In this document: positions 8,372 through 17,775 of the stretch, piece by piece
How positions within the stretch are numbered: the first letter of the stretch is position 1
How the letters are laid out: each line of letters begins with the position of its first letter
IMG/VR virus record: IMGVR_UViG_3300042883_000924
DNA from: an uncultured virus (IMG/VR IMGVR_UViG_3300042883_000924)
Lineage: Duplodnaviria; Heunggongvirae; Uroviricota; Caudoviricetes
Length of the DNA stretch: 20,000 nucleotides
Reading direction: 5' to 3' (one strand)
Notes under the pieces: generated by a model
Told to the model about the DNA's origin: nothing
Databases searched by the model: none
What the model saw: only the letters and a program-made list of their open reading frames with translations
Translations under genes and position numbers: made by a program

Positions 8372-11300
8372 TTATTGATTTCCAAGAATAAAATTTTGTC
8401 CTCTTGACAAATTAAATCCTACATCAACAAAATTAACATAAATTATTGATTCGTAAGATTGAAATTCAGTCATAATTTGAGGAATTTGAGAAAGCACAAC
8501 ATCTCCGGTATTAAGTTTTTGGTCTGCCGTTCCTGTTGTATTTGGAGACAATCTATCCCTCAATATTCTAGCATACAAAATACCTTCTTGATTTGTGAAA
8601 TCGGAACTTGTTAAATCAGTAATTTGAGTATTTGGCAATGTTGTGTAAATAACCGTAAAATTAGGCGCTTGACTGCCTTCTATTACAATTTCAGCCATAT
8701 CCTTCAATCCGCTCAATGGCTTGTTTAAAACCCAACATATTCTTACAGGGTATTGTTGCCCAAACCAAGTGTTCCACGTAGAGCTATTTGTATTAAACTC
8801 ATATAAAGCGCCATTTTTCCATCCAAACATTCTGTTGTCAAAATAATCGTATTGTTCCGCAATGAATTGATAATCACTTACCCATTTATTTTCTTGAATA
8901 TTAAAAGTTACTGTTTTAGCTAACCCGTCAGACATATCAAATCTATTAATAATAGAAGAAGCGTAAGATGGCACTGAAGAGTAACTAGGCAGTGTATCGG
9001 CATAGTTTTCATAAATCAATCCGGGCAATGTTACACCAAATTCTTTGTGATAGGGGTCGACATATGTTGGAATATGGTGAAATCCATTAATATTATCTAA
9101 ATTACCCTCGCTTGCTGCTAAATACCCTTTTGCATAATTTTTAAACAACTTTTCTTGCTTATAAGAGCTTACTGGAAATAATCCATTTGAGCTATACTGA
9201 ACAATAGTTCCATTATTTAAATCATACCAAAATATTACACCCAAATATTCAACTACGGTTTCTGGAGCTGTAGTTCCAAACATTCCTTTTAACACATTAA
9301 TTGTACCTATTACAGCAGTATCTTGAACTAAAGACGAATTAGAAGAAGAACCAACTAATTGAACTTCACCCAAGTAGCATGATGCTGTTTGGAAAGAACC
9401 AATAGATAACATTACAACACCCTGTTCCGTTGTTTTTGAAGCTAATTGTAGCTTTTGTATGCTACCGGTACCCAATGGAATTGTTTTAAAATTCAAAGCT
9501 TCAAATGTACTTAATCCATTACTTTGAGTCCCAGCCGCATATACATTTGAATACCTAATCTCATGCTCGTTTCTATTTTGACCTAATAAAATAACAAAAT
9601 TTGGAAATCCTTGGTCAGTAAACCAATTTTTATAAAAAAGGTCATTTGGCGACATTGCTTCTACATAATAATACACGGTAGAATTAAATTGCCTTTGGAA
9701 TACAAAAACATCACCAATTAAGCTACCTGATAATGTAGAATACTGCCTGTTAACAGTTCCTCCATTTGTAATTGGGTATATATTGCCAACTTCATAAAAA
9801 GGTTCATTTTCCCCTTTTATATATGGGGTATATATTTCGTATATAAATGGAATATTTAATAGTGAATTTACTATATAAGCTGAACTCAATAATATATACG
9901 CTCCATCTTGCCCTATGACCGGCAATTCATATCTAGCATCATTAGTATCAACAAGCACACAAACATCTCCCTCTTTATAATTATATCCCAATCCTGATTG
10001 TAATAATATAGTCGAATCTACTGCAACTGCACTGGTTGTAGTAGCACTCCAAGTATCCGAATATGTATAAAGTCCAGTAGTTACATTTTTAGATGCATAC
10101 TTGTTAGTACTACTATAAGAATCTATAAAATATCTTGTTTTTAAATTTGCTGTTCTTAAAATAGAATAATAATGCGCCCAATCTGGTATTTCATTTAATC
10201 TATTGGTATTACTTAATGTCCAATCTAAAGTTTCTACATTACTTGCAGCGCTACTAGATGCTGCAATAGTAAAAGGAGACCCACCATAACATTCTAATTC
10301 ACAAATACCAGCACTAATAAATTGAACTTGAAAAACATCCCCACTTGTTATAGAATAGTTACTTAAAGATAAAGTAGAATTAAAATAATATGGCAATCCC
10401 ATTGATGCTGTATCAATGAATTGCTCTGCAATAGCTGGTATAGAGTAATTTTTAAGTATCCTAATCCTAAATACCGTAAATCCCGGCGTCAATGCTGTTA
10501 CATTACCAATTATATTTACAGACATATCAGCAGTAAAAGAGGATGTAGCTGTAAATGAAGTTCCATTTCCGGGTGCGCCTCCGCTTGCGGTAAAATTACC
10601 CAATTGCACAACTTCAAATTCAAAATTATTATCAACAGCAAAATCGTAATTTGCTATTATAGGATTTACATTAAAATCACTATTTGGAGTAAACACCTTT
10701 GGCGGAGTGGTAGTAATATTACTACCTTTTGTTATAACCCCAGACTTTCTTCTTGCTTTATCATAAAAGGCAACACCTAATTGATAAGAGGATTCGCTTT
10801 TAAAAAACCTTTTATTAGCACCAGCTATTGCTGTTGTTTGCGAAACAGCTAATGATGTTGTAGTTGGGGTATCATAACCTGACAAATTATTACCTAAAAA
10901 CATTCTATTTGTTGCACTTTCCATTGTAGTTGAAAGCAATGGAACGCTATCAAATGGTTTTGCCGAAATTGAACTAGGAATAGTAGCTCCTGTTACATCT
11001 CCGTAATAATCAAAAGAAAGCTGTGTTGTTCCGTTATTGTGAGCTATAAATGGTTGCTCATCTATTAATTTATCAAATGTCTTAATTACATTTGCGGAAT
11101 TAGTAAGTTCATCTTTAGCAACAAGTCTAATAATCCTTGCAGTTTGCGGTATTTTTTCTAATAAACTTAAAGTACAATTTATATAATTATACAAATCCGG
11201 CTCCCCCAATTCTACCAAATTTAGCATAGAAGCAACAGAATATTCTCCAAGTACACTATCTTCGCCATCAAAATATACATATTGCCATGCAAACTTCCAA

Positions 11301-11914
11301 GAGCGGTTTGCTATAAAATTATTTATAAAAGTATTATTGTAAATTTTTTCTATTGAAGGAGCATATACAGGAGGTCTTCTTATTAACATAATCTCGTAAG
11401 AGTCAGTTAAAGTTGTATAAGCTCTAGCATCAGTATTGTATGATGGGTAATTCAATTTTATACCACTATCAATATTAATCTTTTTAGGTTCATTGTAATT
11501 ATCTGTCCAATAAAGTAAACCTTGATTAACTTTGCAATTTTTATCAATCCTATGATTTTTATTAAAATTTAATCCGCCCTGAACCTGACTATCATACAAT
11601 ACAGCATATGTTGTAGAAGTTGCAAAATCAAATGCATAAATTCCGTGGTCATCAAATGTATTATATACAAACCATATTAATCTTTGACCTTCAATATCTA
11701 CACAGCTACCTATACATATATTTGTTCCATAAGGTGGATATACTGATTGCGTTATAGAAGTAGTTCCGGGTACGCCTTCTACTCGATAATTTTTACCATA
11801 TTGAGTAATACCAACACGCCCGTTCATTAGCCTCAAGTATTGAGCATCATCTAATAAATGCAATGAGTCATCTTGATTTGTTCCGCCAGTAAATAATTTT
11901 TTATCTCTTAACAT
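8372..11914 (-). CDS. Tail stabilisation/nozzle (muzzle) protein, crAss/phi14:2-like (1180 aa)
   Basis: N-terminal F-x-GG-x-N-x-D...Y..L.N.R motif; LLYWTDNYNEPKKINI; KFAWQYVYFDGEDS; NRMFLGN; YQLGVAFYDKARRKS; beta-rich composition; follows three ring-protein genes. Confidence 0.8.
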   Translation of the reverse strand: MLRDKKLFTGGTNQDDSLHLLDDAQYLRLMNGRVGITQYGKNYRVEGVPGTTSITQSVYPPYGTNICIGSCVDIEGQRLIWFVYNTFDDHGIYAFDFATSTTYAVLYDSQVQGGLNFNKNHRIDKNCKVNQGLLYWTDNYNEPKKINIDSGIKLNYPSYNTDARAYTTLTDSYEIMLIRRPPVYAPSIEKIYNNTFINNFIANRSWKFAWQYVYFDGEDSVLGEYSVASMLNLVELGEPDLYNYINCTLSLLEKIPQTARIIRLVAKDELTNSANVIKTFDKLIDEQPFIAHNNGTTQLSFDYYGDVTGATIPSSISAKPFDSVPLLSTTMESATNRMFLGNNLSGYDTPTTTSLAVSQTTAIAGANKRFFKSESSYQLGVAFYDKARRKSGVITKGSNITTTPPKVFTPNSDFNVNPIIANYDFAVDNNFEFEVVQLGNFTASGGAPGNGTSFTATSSFTADMSVNIIGNVTALTPGFTVFRIRILKNYSIPAIAEQFIDTASMGLPYYFNSTLSLSNYSITSGDVFQVQFISAGICELECYGGSPFTIAASSSAASNVETLDWTLSNTNRLNEIPDWAHYYSILRTANLKTRYFIDSYSSTNKYASKNVTTGLYTYSDTWSATTTSAVAVDSTILLQSGLGYNYKEGDVCVLVDTNDARYELPVIGQDGAYILLSSAYIVNSLLNIPFIYEIYTPYIKGENEPFYEVGNIYPITNGGTVNRQYSTLSGSLIGDVFVFQRQFNSTVYYYVEAMSPNDLFYKNWFTDQGFPNFVILLGQNRNEHEIRYSNVYAAGTQSNGLSTFEALNFKTIPLGTGSIQKLQLASKTTEQGVVMLSIGSFQTASCYLGEVQLVGSSSNSSLVQDTAVIGTINVLKGMFGTTAPETVVEYLGVIFWYDLNNGTIVQYSSNGLFPVSSYKQEKLFKNYAKGYLAASEGNLDNINGFHHIPTYVDPYHKEFGVTLPGLIYENYADTLPSYSSVPSYASSIINRFDMSDGLAKTVTFNIQENKWVSDYQFIAEQYDYFDNRMFGWKNGALYEFNTNSSTWNTWFGQQYPVRICWVLNKPLSGLKDMAEIVIEGSQAPNFTVIYTTLPNTQITDLTSSDFTNQEGILYARILRDRLSPNTTGTADQKLNTGDVVLSQIPQIMTEFQSYESIIYVNFVDVGFNLSRGQNFILGNQ

Positions 11915-11919
11915 TTCTA

Positions 11920-12714
11920 TTATGATTTAGGCGCTGCCATTGTATTCTTTTGTACAATCCTTTTAATTTTCTCAACACTCCAATCAGCTTTTCTTGCTCT
12001 CAATATCTTTCTTTCACGAATGTATTCGTTTTGAGATAATTGCTTTTCACCCATATTATAATTTCTATTATGGGCTTTTAATTGAGAATCAATATATGCT
12101 TGAATTGTTTTTATTGCATAAGGGTCTACTAATGTTGCAGCATCTGCTGACTGACCATCTGAAATATATTGCAATACCACATTCTCAACATATAATTTTT
12201 GGTCTATTTGAATTTGATTTCTTTCTTTAAAAACTTGAAAAGTATCTTCTTGATACCCTGCACCTAAACCAAAAAACCTACCGATGTTTTCACCAAAATC
12301 ATTGTAGTGAACCGTAAACCATTGAGCATACGGCAATGCGCCATAATACAATTGAGCTTGTCCGTTGTTTGAATCCGGAGGCGTTAAGTTATCTGTCCAA
12401 TCCTGTGGGTTAAAGTTACTATTTGTATCTAAACTTGTTAATGGGTTCAATGTTAAAGTAGGCACTAATGGTCGTATTCTTTGCCCAACCATAACGCTGA
12501 CATTAACATAATCCTGATAATCTTCTGGTAATTCTGCTGTATTAATAGCTTGATTAACCGGAAGTATTTTTGTATTTATAACACGCAAATCGTCAAATGT
12601 TATATCACGAAGACAATCTGATGCGTAAACCATAAATTGCATATACCAATGCAATGGGTATCCCTTTTTTAAAAGGAAATTTTTAACTATATAATCCAAA
12701 CTTGCTGTAGTCAT
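11920..12714 (-). CDS. Tail ring/tubular (adaptor) protein (264 aa)
   Basis: ELPEDYQDYVNVS and VVLQYISDG...VDPYAIKTIQAYI motifs of P22 gp4-like/crAss ring proteins; directly upstream of the nozzle gene. Confidence 0.75.
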   Translation of the reverse strand: MTTASLDYIVKNFLLKKGYPLHWYMQFMVYASDCLRDITFDDLRVINTKILPVNQAINTAELPEDYQDYVNVSVMVGQRIRPLVPTLTLNPLTSLDTNSNFNPQDWTDNLTPPDSNNGQAQLYYGALPYAQWFTVHYNDFGENIGRFFGLGAGYQEDTFQVFKERNQIQIDQKLYVENVVLQYISDGQSADAATLVDPYAIKTIQAYIDSQLKAHNRNYNMGEKQLSQNEYIRERKILRARKADWSVEKIKRIVQKNTMAAPKS

Positions 12715-12716
12715 TT

Positions 12717-13358
12717 CTAATTAATTTTTTGTGTTGCTGAACTATAATTGTTAACTATACCTGTTTCCGGAGTAACTGTAGCAAATTTAGCAAACGCCTT
12801 TTCTACAATTTCCTCTTCCATACTTGCAGGTATTGGCAATGGGTCAGTATTTGAATACAATGATATATCCATTACAATCAAATACATATTTACCGTATTA
12901 ACACCAAGCAATAATATATCTTTTGAAAAAATAACAATGTTTTTTCTTATTTCAAACCAAACATTCCCCAGCAAATCATTTAATAATTTATCCGCTCTTA
13001 ACAATGCCCCCTGACCTAACGGGACAGGAATAAAATCATTATCTTTAGAATCGGTTACTCTATAAACGCCCATGTTTCTTGGTAAAGAAATTGGGATAAC
13101 TGGTAATTCTGCCTGCGATTTATCACCAAGAGTTGTTACTGGTATATTTTCGTAAAAAGCTATCATTAGATTATCTGGGATAGTTTCTCCTGTTGGCAAT
13201 GTAGCATTGTAATACTGCATTTGAAACATAGAGTTGATAATCTGCTCTATTGCTTTAACTATATCTTCATTTTGTACAGGTTGATTTGCATCCCTGAATC
13301 CACCAGCTAATCTAGTTTGTACTTGTTCAGCCAAAAGGTATTTAGTGCTATTAGCCAT
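12717..13358 (-). CDS. Tail ring protein (213 aa)
   Basis: AELPVIPISLPRNMGV and C-terminal DPLPIPASMEEEIV motifs; sits in a ring-protein cluster. Confidence 0.65.
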   Translation of the reverse strand: MANSTKYLLAEQVQTRLAGGFRDANQPVQNEDIVKAIEQIINSMFQMQYYNATLPTGETIPDNLMIAFYENIPVTTLGDKSQAELPVIPISLPRNMGVYRVTDSKDNDFIPVPLGQGALLRADKLLNDLLGNVWFEIRKNIVIFSKDILLLGVNTVNMYLIVMDISLYSNTDPLPIPASMEEEIVEKAFAKFATVTPETGIVNNYSSATQKIN

Positions 13359-13360
13359 TT

Positions 13361-14002
13361 CTATTTAGTTTCTTGCGTTTGATTTTGTGCAAATGCCTGA
13401 ATATCTTGTTCAGCCATATTGATGCCCCAAAACTTTAATGCTATTGAAATAATATTATTAATATAAACATCTGTAAATTCTAACTGCGTACTTGTAGCGT
13501 TATCGTATGTTATTGTTCTTCCTGATGTAGTATAACCATAAACAGGTTTTAATGGTCTTCTTAAGTAATTATAAAAACCGGTTTGAGCAACTTGTGGATA
13601 TATTTGGAATCCGGTTGCTGTATCCCTAGCTATTGGCAATGAAGTACTTACCGGTCTTAATTGACTTTTTAAAGCTAATGCTACCTCGTCTTCATTTACA
13701 AATCTTATTGAATTTATAGTACTACCCGTGACAGTATATGCACCACCAATCATATGTAAGTAATTGGAAGCAAAATCTACTTGCCCGTCTGATGTAGAAG
13801 TGAATTGAACTTGTGAACGAAGTTTTCTTATAGCATCATGAATTTTTTGCGTTGTACCATATAATTCAAACCAATCCGATACAGCTTCTATTTGTGCGTT
13901 ATCAAGTGTTGACTCAAATTCAGGTATTGTAACAAATACACCTCTTTCTTTACGCACAATAAAGACCATGAAGTTGTATATTTCGTTTAAATTGTATGCC
14001 AT
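13361..14002 (-). CDS. Tail ring protein (213 aa)
   Basis: N-terminal EIYNFMVFIVRKERGVFVTIPEF...AQ, YLRRPLKPVYGY and C-terminal LKFWGINM..QDIQAFAQ, as recalled for Bacteroidota podophage structural proteins. Confidence 0.7.
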   Translation of the reverse strand: MAYNLNEIYNFMVFIVRKERGVFVTIPEFESTLDNAQIEAVSDWFELYGTTQKIHDAIRKLRSQVQFTSTSDGQVDFASNYLHMIGGAYTVTGSTINSIRFVNEDEVALALKSQLRPVSTSLPIARDTATGFQIYPQVAQTGFYNYLRRPLKPVYGYTTSGRTITYDNATSTQLEFTDVYINNIISIALKFWGINMAEQDIQAFAQNQTQETK

Positions 14003-14003
14003 A

Positions 14004-14852
14004 TTAATTTTCCTCCCAAATTCCTAATGCTCTATAGGATTTTATTAAATAATAAGATTTATCTCCATATTCATATTTCTCAAGGTACTGCGGTTCAAAA
14101 CCAACAACATCTCCTTTTTCCAAGCCAGAATCTTCGGGAGCTGATAGTACTTTTGCTCTATCTCCAAGTCTAACTTTTGCATCAATAGTATCAACAATAC
14201 CCATTTGCTTTATTACATCTTTTGGTATATTTTCATCAATTGGTTCTAGAATAATTCTATCGCCAACTGTTGTAAGTTCATCATTTTCTATTTTAGCATA
14301 TATATCCCTGTAGTCAGCTTTCCAAACATCTTTGTCGTTTATATCAATTAAATTTTTAAATAAAAACCTTTGGGTTTCACCAAAACTAAATTGAGATTTC
14401 CATCTACTTATATCGTGTTCAGACCCTTGGCATCCATCAACAAAGTTACCTCTTTTATCATGCAATGTACCTACCCATATATGGGTTATCTTTCCCGGCA
14501 TTGCTACAATAAGCAATCTTTCTCCTTTACCATTTGTAAATTTTTGGTAATAAGGGCTATCTTTTGTTATTTCAGTAAAACTTCCACCATCTGATTCAAA
14601 TTTTCTTTCCGCAACTACAGAATAATCAAACAAAACCTTATCTCCATTTTTAAGTTTAGAAACAACTTTTGAATTATCTCCTTTTGGATTTTTTGGCAAT
14701 CCGTAAATTTCACCTACTACTGTAGCGTTCCATTCAGGTCTGTACGACCCGTCAAGATATAACTCTAAATCACCTACCTTGATTGTATCTTGAATAGGTT
14801 TTGTTAAGCTTAAAAAAATATGATTTACCGGTTGTGCTTGCATATATGGCAT
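14004..14852 (-). CDS. Tandem GroES-like (Cpn10-fold) protein (282 aa)
   Basis: Two GroES-like units: PVNHIFLSL...GEIYGLP...LKNGDKVLFDY and VGDRIILEPI...AKVLSAP...LEKGDVVGFEP....YEYGDKSYYLIK. Confidence 0.65.
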   Translation of the reverse strand: MPYMQAQPVNHIFLSLTKPIQDTIKVGDLELYLDGSYRPEWNATVVGEIYGLPKNPKGDNSKVVSKLKNGDKVLFDYSVVAERKFESDGGSFTEITKDSPYYQKFTNGKGERLLIVAMPGKITHIWVGTLHDKRGNFVDGCQGSEHDISRWKSQFSFGETQRFLFKNLIDINDKDVWKADYRDIYAKIENDELTTVGDRIILEPIDENIPKDVIKQMGIVDTIDAKVRLGDRAKVLSAPEDSGLEKGDVVGFEPQYLEKYEYGDKSYYLIKSYRALGIWEEN

Positions 14853-14875
14853 AAAATTAGACTTTTTTATTTATT

Positions 14876-14916
14876 AAAAATTAAAATGCCCCCAAAAATT
14901 TTGAAGGCATTTTTTT
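14876..14916 (-). terminator. Intrinsic terminator downstream of groES
   Basis: Minus-strand RNA stem AUGCCUUCAA / UUGGGGGCAU (two G-U pairs that form only on the minus transcript) followed by UUUAAUUUUU. Confidence 0.75.
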
Positions 14917-14919
14917 AAA

Positions 14920-15180
14920 TTAAATCACAGCGTCGATATAACTTTCGTCTGGGATTAACCTTAACTTTTCTCCATCGACTTCAATATCTACCCCTACGCT
15001 ATGGGCAAACATTATTCTATCGCCTTCTTTAACAAGCGCAGCTTCAGTTCCAACAGCAATTACCTTGCCTGTTGAAAAATCATTTTGAGCTGTTTGCGGA
15101 AGATAGATTCCCGCATCTGTTTGCATTTTTGCTTCGTCAAGCTTTACTAATACCCTTTTGTTTAATGGTTTAAATTTCAT
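14920..15180 (-). CDS. groES: Co-chaperonin GroES (Cpn10), 86 aa
   Basis: Canonical motifs KPLNKRVLVK, mobile loop TDAGIYLP, GKVIAVG, VKEGDRIMF, DIEVDGEKL. Confidence 0.92.
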   Translation of the reverse strand: MKFKPLNKRVLVKLDEAKMQTDAGIYLPQTAQNDFSTGKVIAVGTEAALVKEGDRIMFAHSVGVDIEVDGEKLRLIPDESYIDAVI

Positions 15181-15211
15181 TTTTAATTTAATTTTTGTGT
15201 TTTTTAATTAA

Positions 15212-15331
15212 TTAACGCCCTTGACCTCGGTAAGCCTTTGGTCTTGGATTACTTTTATTGTAAGATTTTTTTGCTCTCCCTGATTTTTTTGTTCCAAATG
15301 TAACTTTGGATGAATTGGTTAGTTTTGCCAT
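15212..15331 (-). CDS. Small basic protein, 39 aa, ending in YRGQGR
   Basis: Hand translation MAKLTNSSKVTFGTKKSGRAKKSYNKSNPRPKAYRGQGR*; ATG overlaps the upstream stop (TAATG); fills the gap before groES; below the ORF-track size cut-off. Confidence 0.85.
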   Translation of the reverse strand: MAKLTNSSKVTFGTKKSGRAKKSYNKSNPRPKAYRGQGR

Positions 15332-15555
15332 TATTTTTTGTTTTTGAAATAATCTTTATCTAATTCCCCGCCGTCCATTTTATTGGGGTAAACAAGTATG
15401 TCTGTGTCGTAAAAGTTCCTAACCATACCGTTGTGCTGTAATATGACTTTCCAAACAGTGTTGATTTCGGTTCCGTAGTCAATCCAAGCGATTGCTTTTC
15501 CTTTACCAAGAGGGGTTTCGACATCTATAATATTTTTAAGTTCGTGAATATACAT
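15331..15555 (-). CDS. Phage hypothetical protein (74 aa)
   Basis: Coupled by TAATG overlaps on both sides; VETPLGKG.A...DYG.E....W.V motif recalled from other phage small proteins; function unknown. Confidence 0.8.
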   Translation of the reverse strand: MYIHELKNIIDVETPLGKGKAIAWIDYGTEINTVWKVILQHNGMVRNFYDTDILVYPNKMDGGELDKDYFKNKK

Positions 15556-15896
15556 TAAAAATTGTTTTCTTCTTTATTACTACTTGATAATAATTGTATT
15601 GTTGATACTCTACAATGTAATTGAGGAACGGTTTCGTTTGTCTTATTGTTTTGATAAGACTTTGCTTCAGGCTTACCTTCTGTATAAACTAGCGTTCCTT
15701 TCTTTAAATAGTTGGATACATTAAGTTTATCTGTCCAGTAGGCGCAAGAAACCCAAGTTGTTCTTTCGGTATCTTCTCCTTGTTGGTTTTTAAATTTTTC
15801 GCTGTAAGCTACTGAAAAATTAATTACACTTTTACCATTGACATTGTTTACGACTGCGTCTTGTCCTAATCTTCCGATTACAGAAATTCTAATCAT
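15555..15896 (-). CDS. ssb: Single-stranded DNA-binding protein (113 aa)
   Basis: OB-fold SSB motifs IGRLGQDA, NFSVA, TTWVSC, YLKKGTLVYTEG; short acidic tail ending in F. Confidence 0.93.
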   Translation of the reverse strand: MIRISVIGRLGQDAVVNNVNGKSVINFSVAYSEKFKNQQGEDTERTTWVSCAYWTDKLNVSNYLKKGTLVYTEGKPEAKSYQNNKTNETVPQLHCRVSTIQLLSSSNKEENNF

Positions 15897-15912
15897 TGTT
15901 TTTGTTTTTATA

Positions 15913-17772
15913 TTAAAAATTTACATCTTCTCCGTTGTCATCCTTATAAGGTACCCAATTATCAAATGTCTTTTGAACTGCCACATCTGGTCTTAAAATT
16001 ATATTTTTATCGTTTATAATCTTCTGCAATGAATCCAATCCATTGAATAAAAACCTTCTAGTTTGGAAAAACATTTGGAACAAAATAAAGCCTTTTTTAC
16101 CAACAATCTTTTGCCTTCTTATTTTTTTACTATGAAATTCACATGATGGGTTTTGCGGGTCTGTTTGCGCAAATGGTCTATGATACACAAGGATATTATC
16201 CATCTTATTATTCCACATAGCTCCATCGGTTAAATCAAATACATCAGGACATGGATAGTTACCATCGGCTGCTTTTTGCATTTTTGTTGGATGCGCAATT
16301 ATCCAAAAGAAAATATTGTTTATTTGAGAAAATCTTGAAAACACTGACAATACCCACTCCAAATACTTATCACTTCTTTGAAACTTTTGATATTCGTTTG
16401 TCAATTGGTTAAACGGGTCAATATCAACACCATCAACATTCTCCTTAACAATTAATTCTAAAAATACTTCCATTATGTATTGTGGCGTAGGTGATACATC
16501 CTTTGGGTAAACATAAAATACATGATGACAAACCAAGTCATAAACATACTCGTACACTTGCTTACTTGGTCTATGTGGATTTGCAGGGCTACAATCGCAT
16601 CCTAATATTATCTCAACAAAGTCGTGGTAATATTCTTCAGGTGGATTATCCTCTGGCGAGAATGTAGCAAACTTCTCTCCGTACAACATAATCCTCATTG
16701 CTTGATACCATTTTTTAAATGAAGATTTACCATAGTTCCCTATTCCTGTAAGTACGGTAATTTCCCCTCTCTTTGGTTTAAATCTTTCATCTAATTCAGG
16801 AACTCCAATACCATCAACCCTAGCATACCCTTCATCATAAATTTTTAACGCCTGCTCTTTTACATCAATTCCGTAAATAACATCCTTCAACTTTAACCCT
16901 TCATCAAATACAGCTTTTTCAACTTCAACTTCCCTTCTTGAAACTTTATCTACCAAGATTTCTTTGTCAAAAGATGCGCTACCAAAATTACCCGAATTAG
17001 CTTTATATGCTGAACGAATTGCCCTATTAGCTTCGTTTTTTGTAAACTCTGAATTAGTTAAAAACTCGCTGTGAATCATTGAATTAGCGGTCATTTCATT
17101 AATCCCAAAACGGCAACAAGCTGATGCTAATTTAAAAATAAAATTATTCCTTTCTCCTGTTACAAAAGCCTCGTTTTTATTTGAAAGCCAAGTAACGATA
17201 TTTTTAAAAATCTTTTCGTCATCATCATTCTTTTCATAAACGACAACCTTCTCTGTTTTCTTAATTTTCTTAAATACTTCAGCATTTTCGTTTATGTAAA
17301 TTTCGGTGTCATAACTTTCATAACAAACCCGACTTACATTAATCCCGCTTCGGTCAATTTCAGGGAAAACTTCTTGCAAAGCTTGAAAGTGTTCTCTATG
17401 CTTTGCTCCATTAGCTATTTTTACCAATGCCTTCAATCCATTTCCAGAAGGACTAATCCAACAAGCATAAACAAACGGATTTGATATTATTTCGGTTTGC
17501 TTTTCCCTTAATTCAAAGATATTGTCAAAATCAAGCACAACAAAACCACTATGTTGAATTAATTGGGCATCAGTTCTATCTGCTCCAAATTTTCCACTAA
17601 AACAAATGGATGGAAGGTTTAATTTTATCTTATTTGCCTTCTCTTTATCAATCGTTTTTCTAATTTCCTCTACTGTTGTTTTACTTTTACCTTGCTGTAT
17701 CCTATTTAGCGCAGCTTCAACTGAAATGTAATTTGGTTCTTTTGAAAAAATGTTCTTAAAAATGGTAATCAT
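15913..17772 (-). CDS. Primase-helicase: BT4734/VirE N-terminal-like domain + PriCT + SF4 (Twinkle/T7 gp4-like) helicase (619 aa)
   Basis: KLNLPSICFSGKF, HSGFVVLDFD, WISPSGNGLK, DRSGINVSRVCYESYD (BT4734-like); GERNNFIFKLA (PriCT); Walker A GIGNYGKS, Walker B VDIDPFN, IIAHPTK and DLTDGAMWNNKMDN (SF4). Confidence 0.85.
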   Translation of the reverse strand: MITIFKNIFSKEPNYISVEAALNRIQQGKSKTTVEEIRKTIDKEKANKIKLNLPSICFSGKFGADRTDAQLIQHSGFVVLDFDNIFELREKQTEIISNPFVYACWISPSGNGLKALVKIANGAKHREHFQALQEVFPEIDRSGINVSRVCYESYDTEIYINENAEVFKKIKKTEKVVVYEKNDDDEKIFKNIVTWLSNKNEAFVTGERNNFIFKLASACCRFGINEMTANSMIHSEFLTNSEFTKNEANRAIRSAYKANSGNFGSASFDKEILVDKVSRREVEVEKAVFDEGLKLKDVIYGIDVKEQALKIYDEGYARVDGIGVPELDERFKPKRGEITVLTGIGNYGKSSFKKWYQAMRIMLYGEKFATFSPEDNPPEEYYHDFVEIILGCDCSPANPHRPSKQVYEYVYDLVCHHVFYVYPKDVSPTPQYIMEVFLELIVKENVDGVDIDPFNQLTNEYQKFQRSDKYLEWVLSVFSRFSQINNIFFWIIAHPTKMQKAADGNYPCPDVFDLTDGAMWNNKMDNILVYHRPFAQTDPQNPSCEFHSKKIRRQKIVGKKGFILFQMFFQTRRFLFNGLDSLQKIINDKNIILRPDVAVQKTFDNWVPYKDDNGEDVNF

Positions 17773-17775
17773 CGT

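Noticed and set aside
7273..14594. Plus-strand ORFs 7273-7476, 11994-12230, 12748-13014 and 14370-14594
   Set aside because: Antisense to well-supported structural genes, with no recognisable motifs or initiation context.
15189..15215. Similarity of ttttgtgtttt..aatta.attaa to 18739-18760 in the promoter region
   Set aside because: Low-complexity AT-rich match that is plausible by chance; no supporting evidence for a shared operator.
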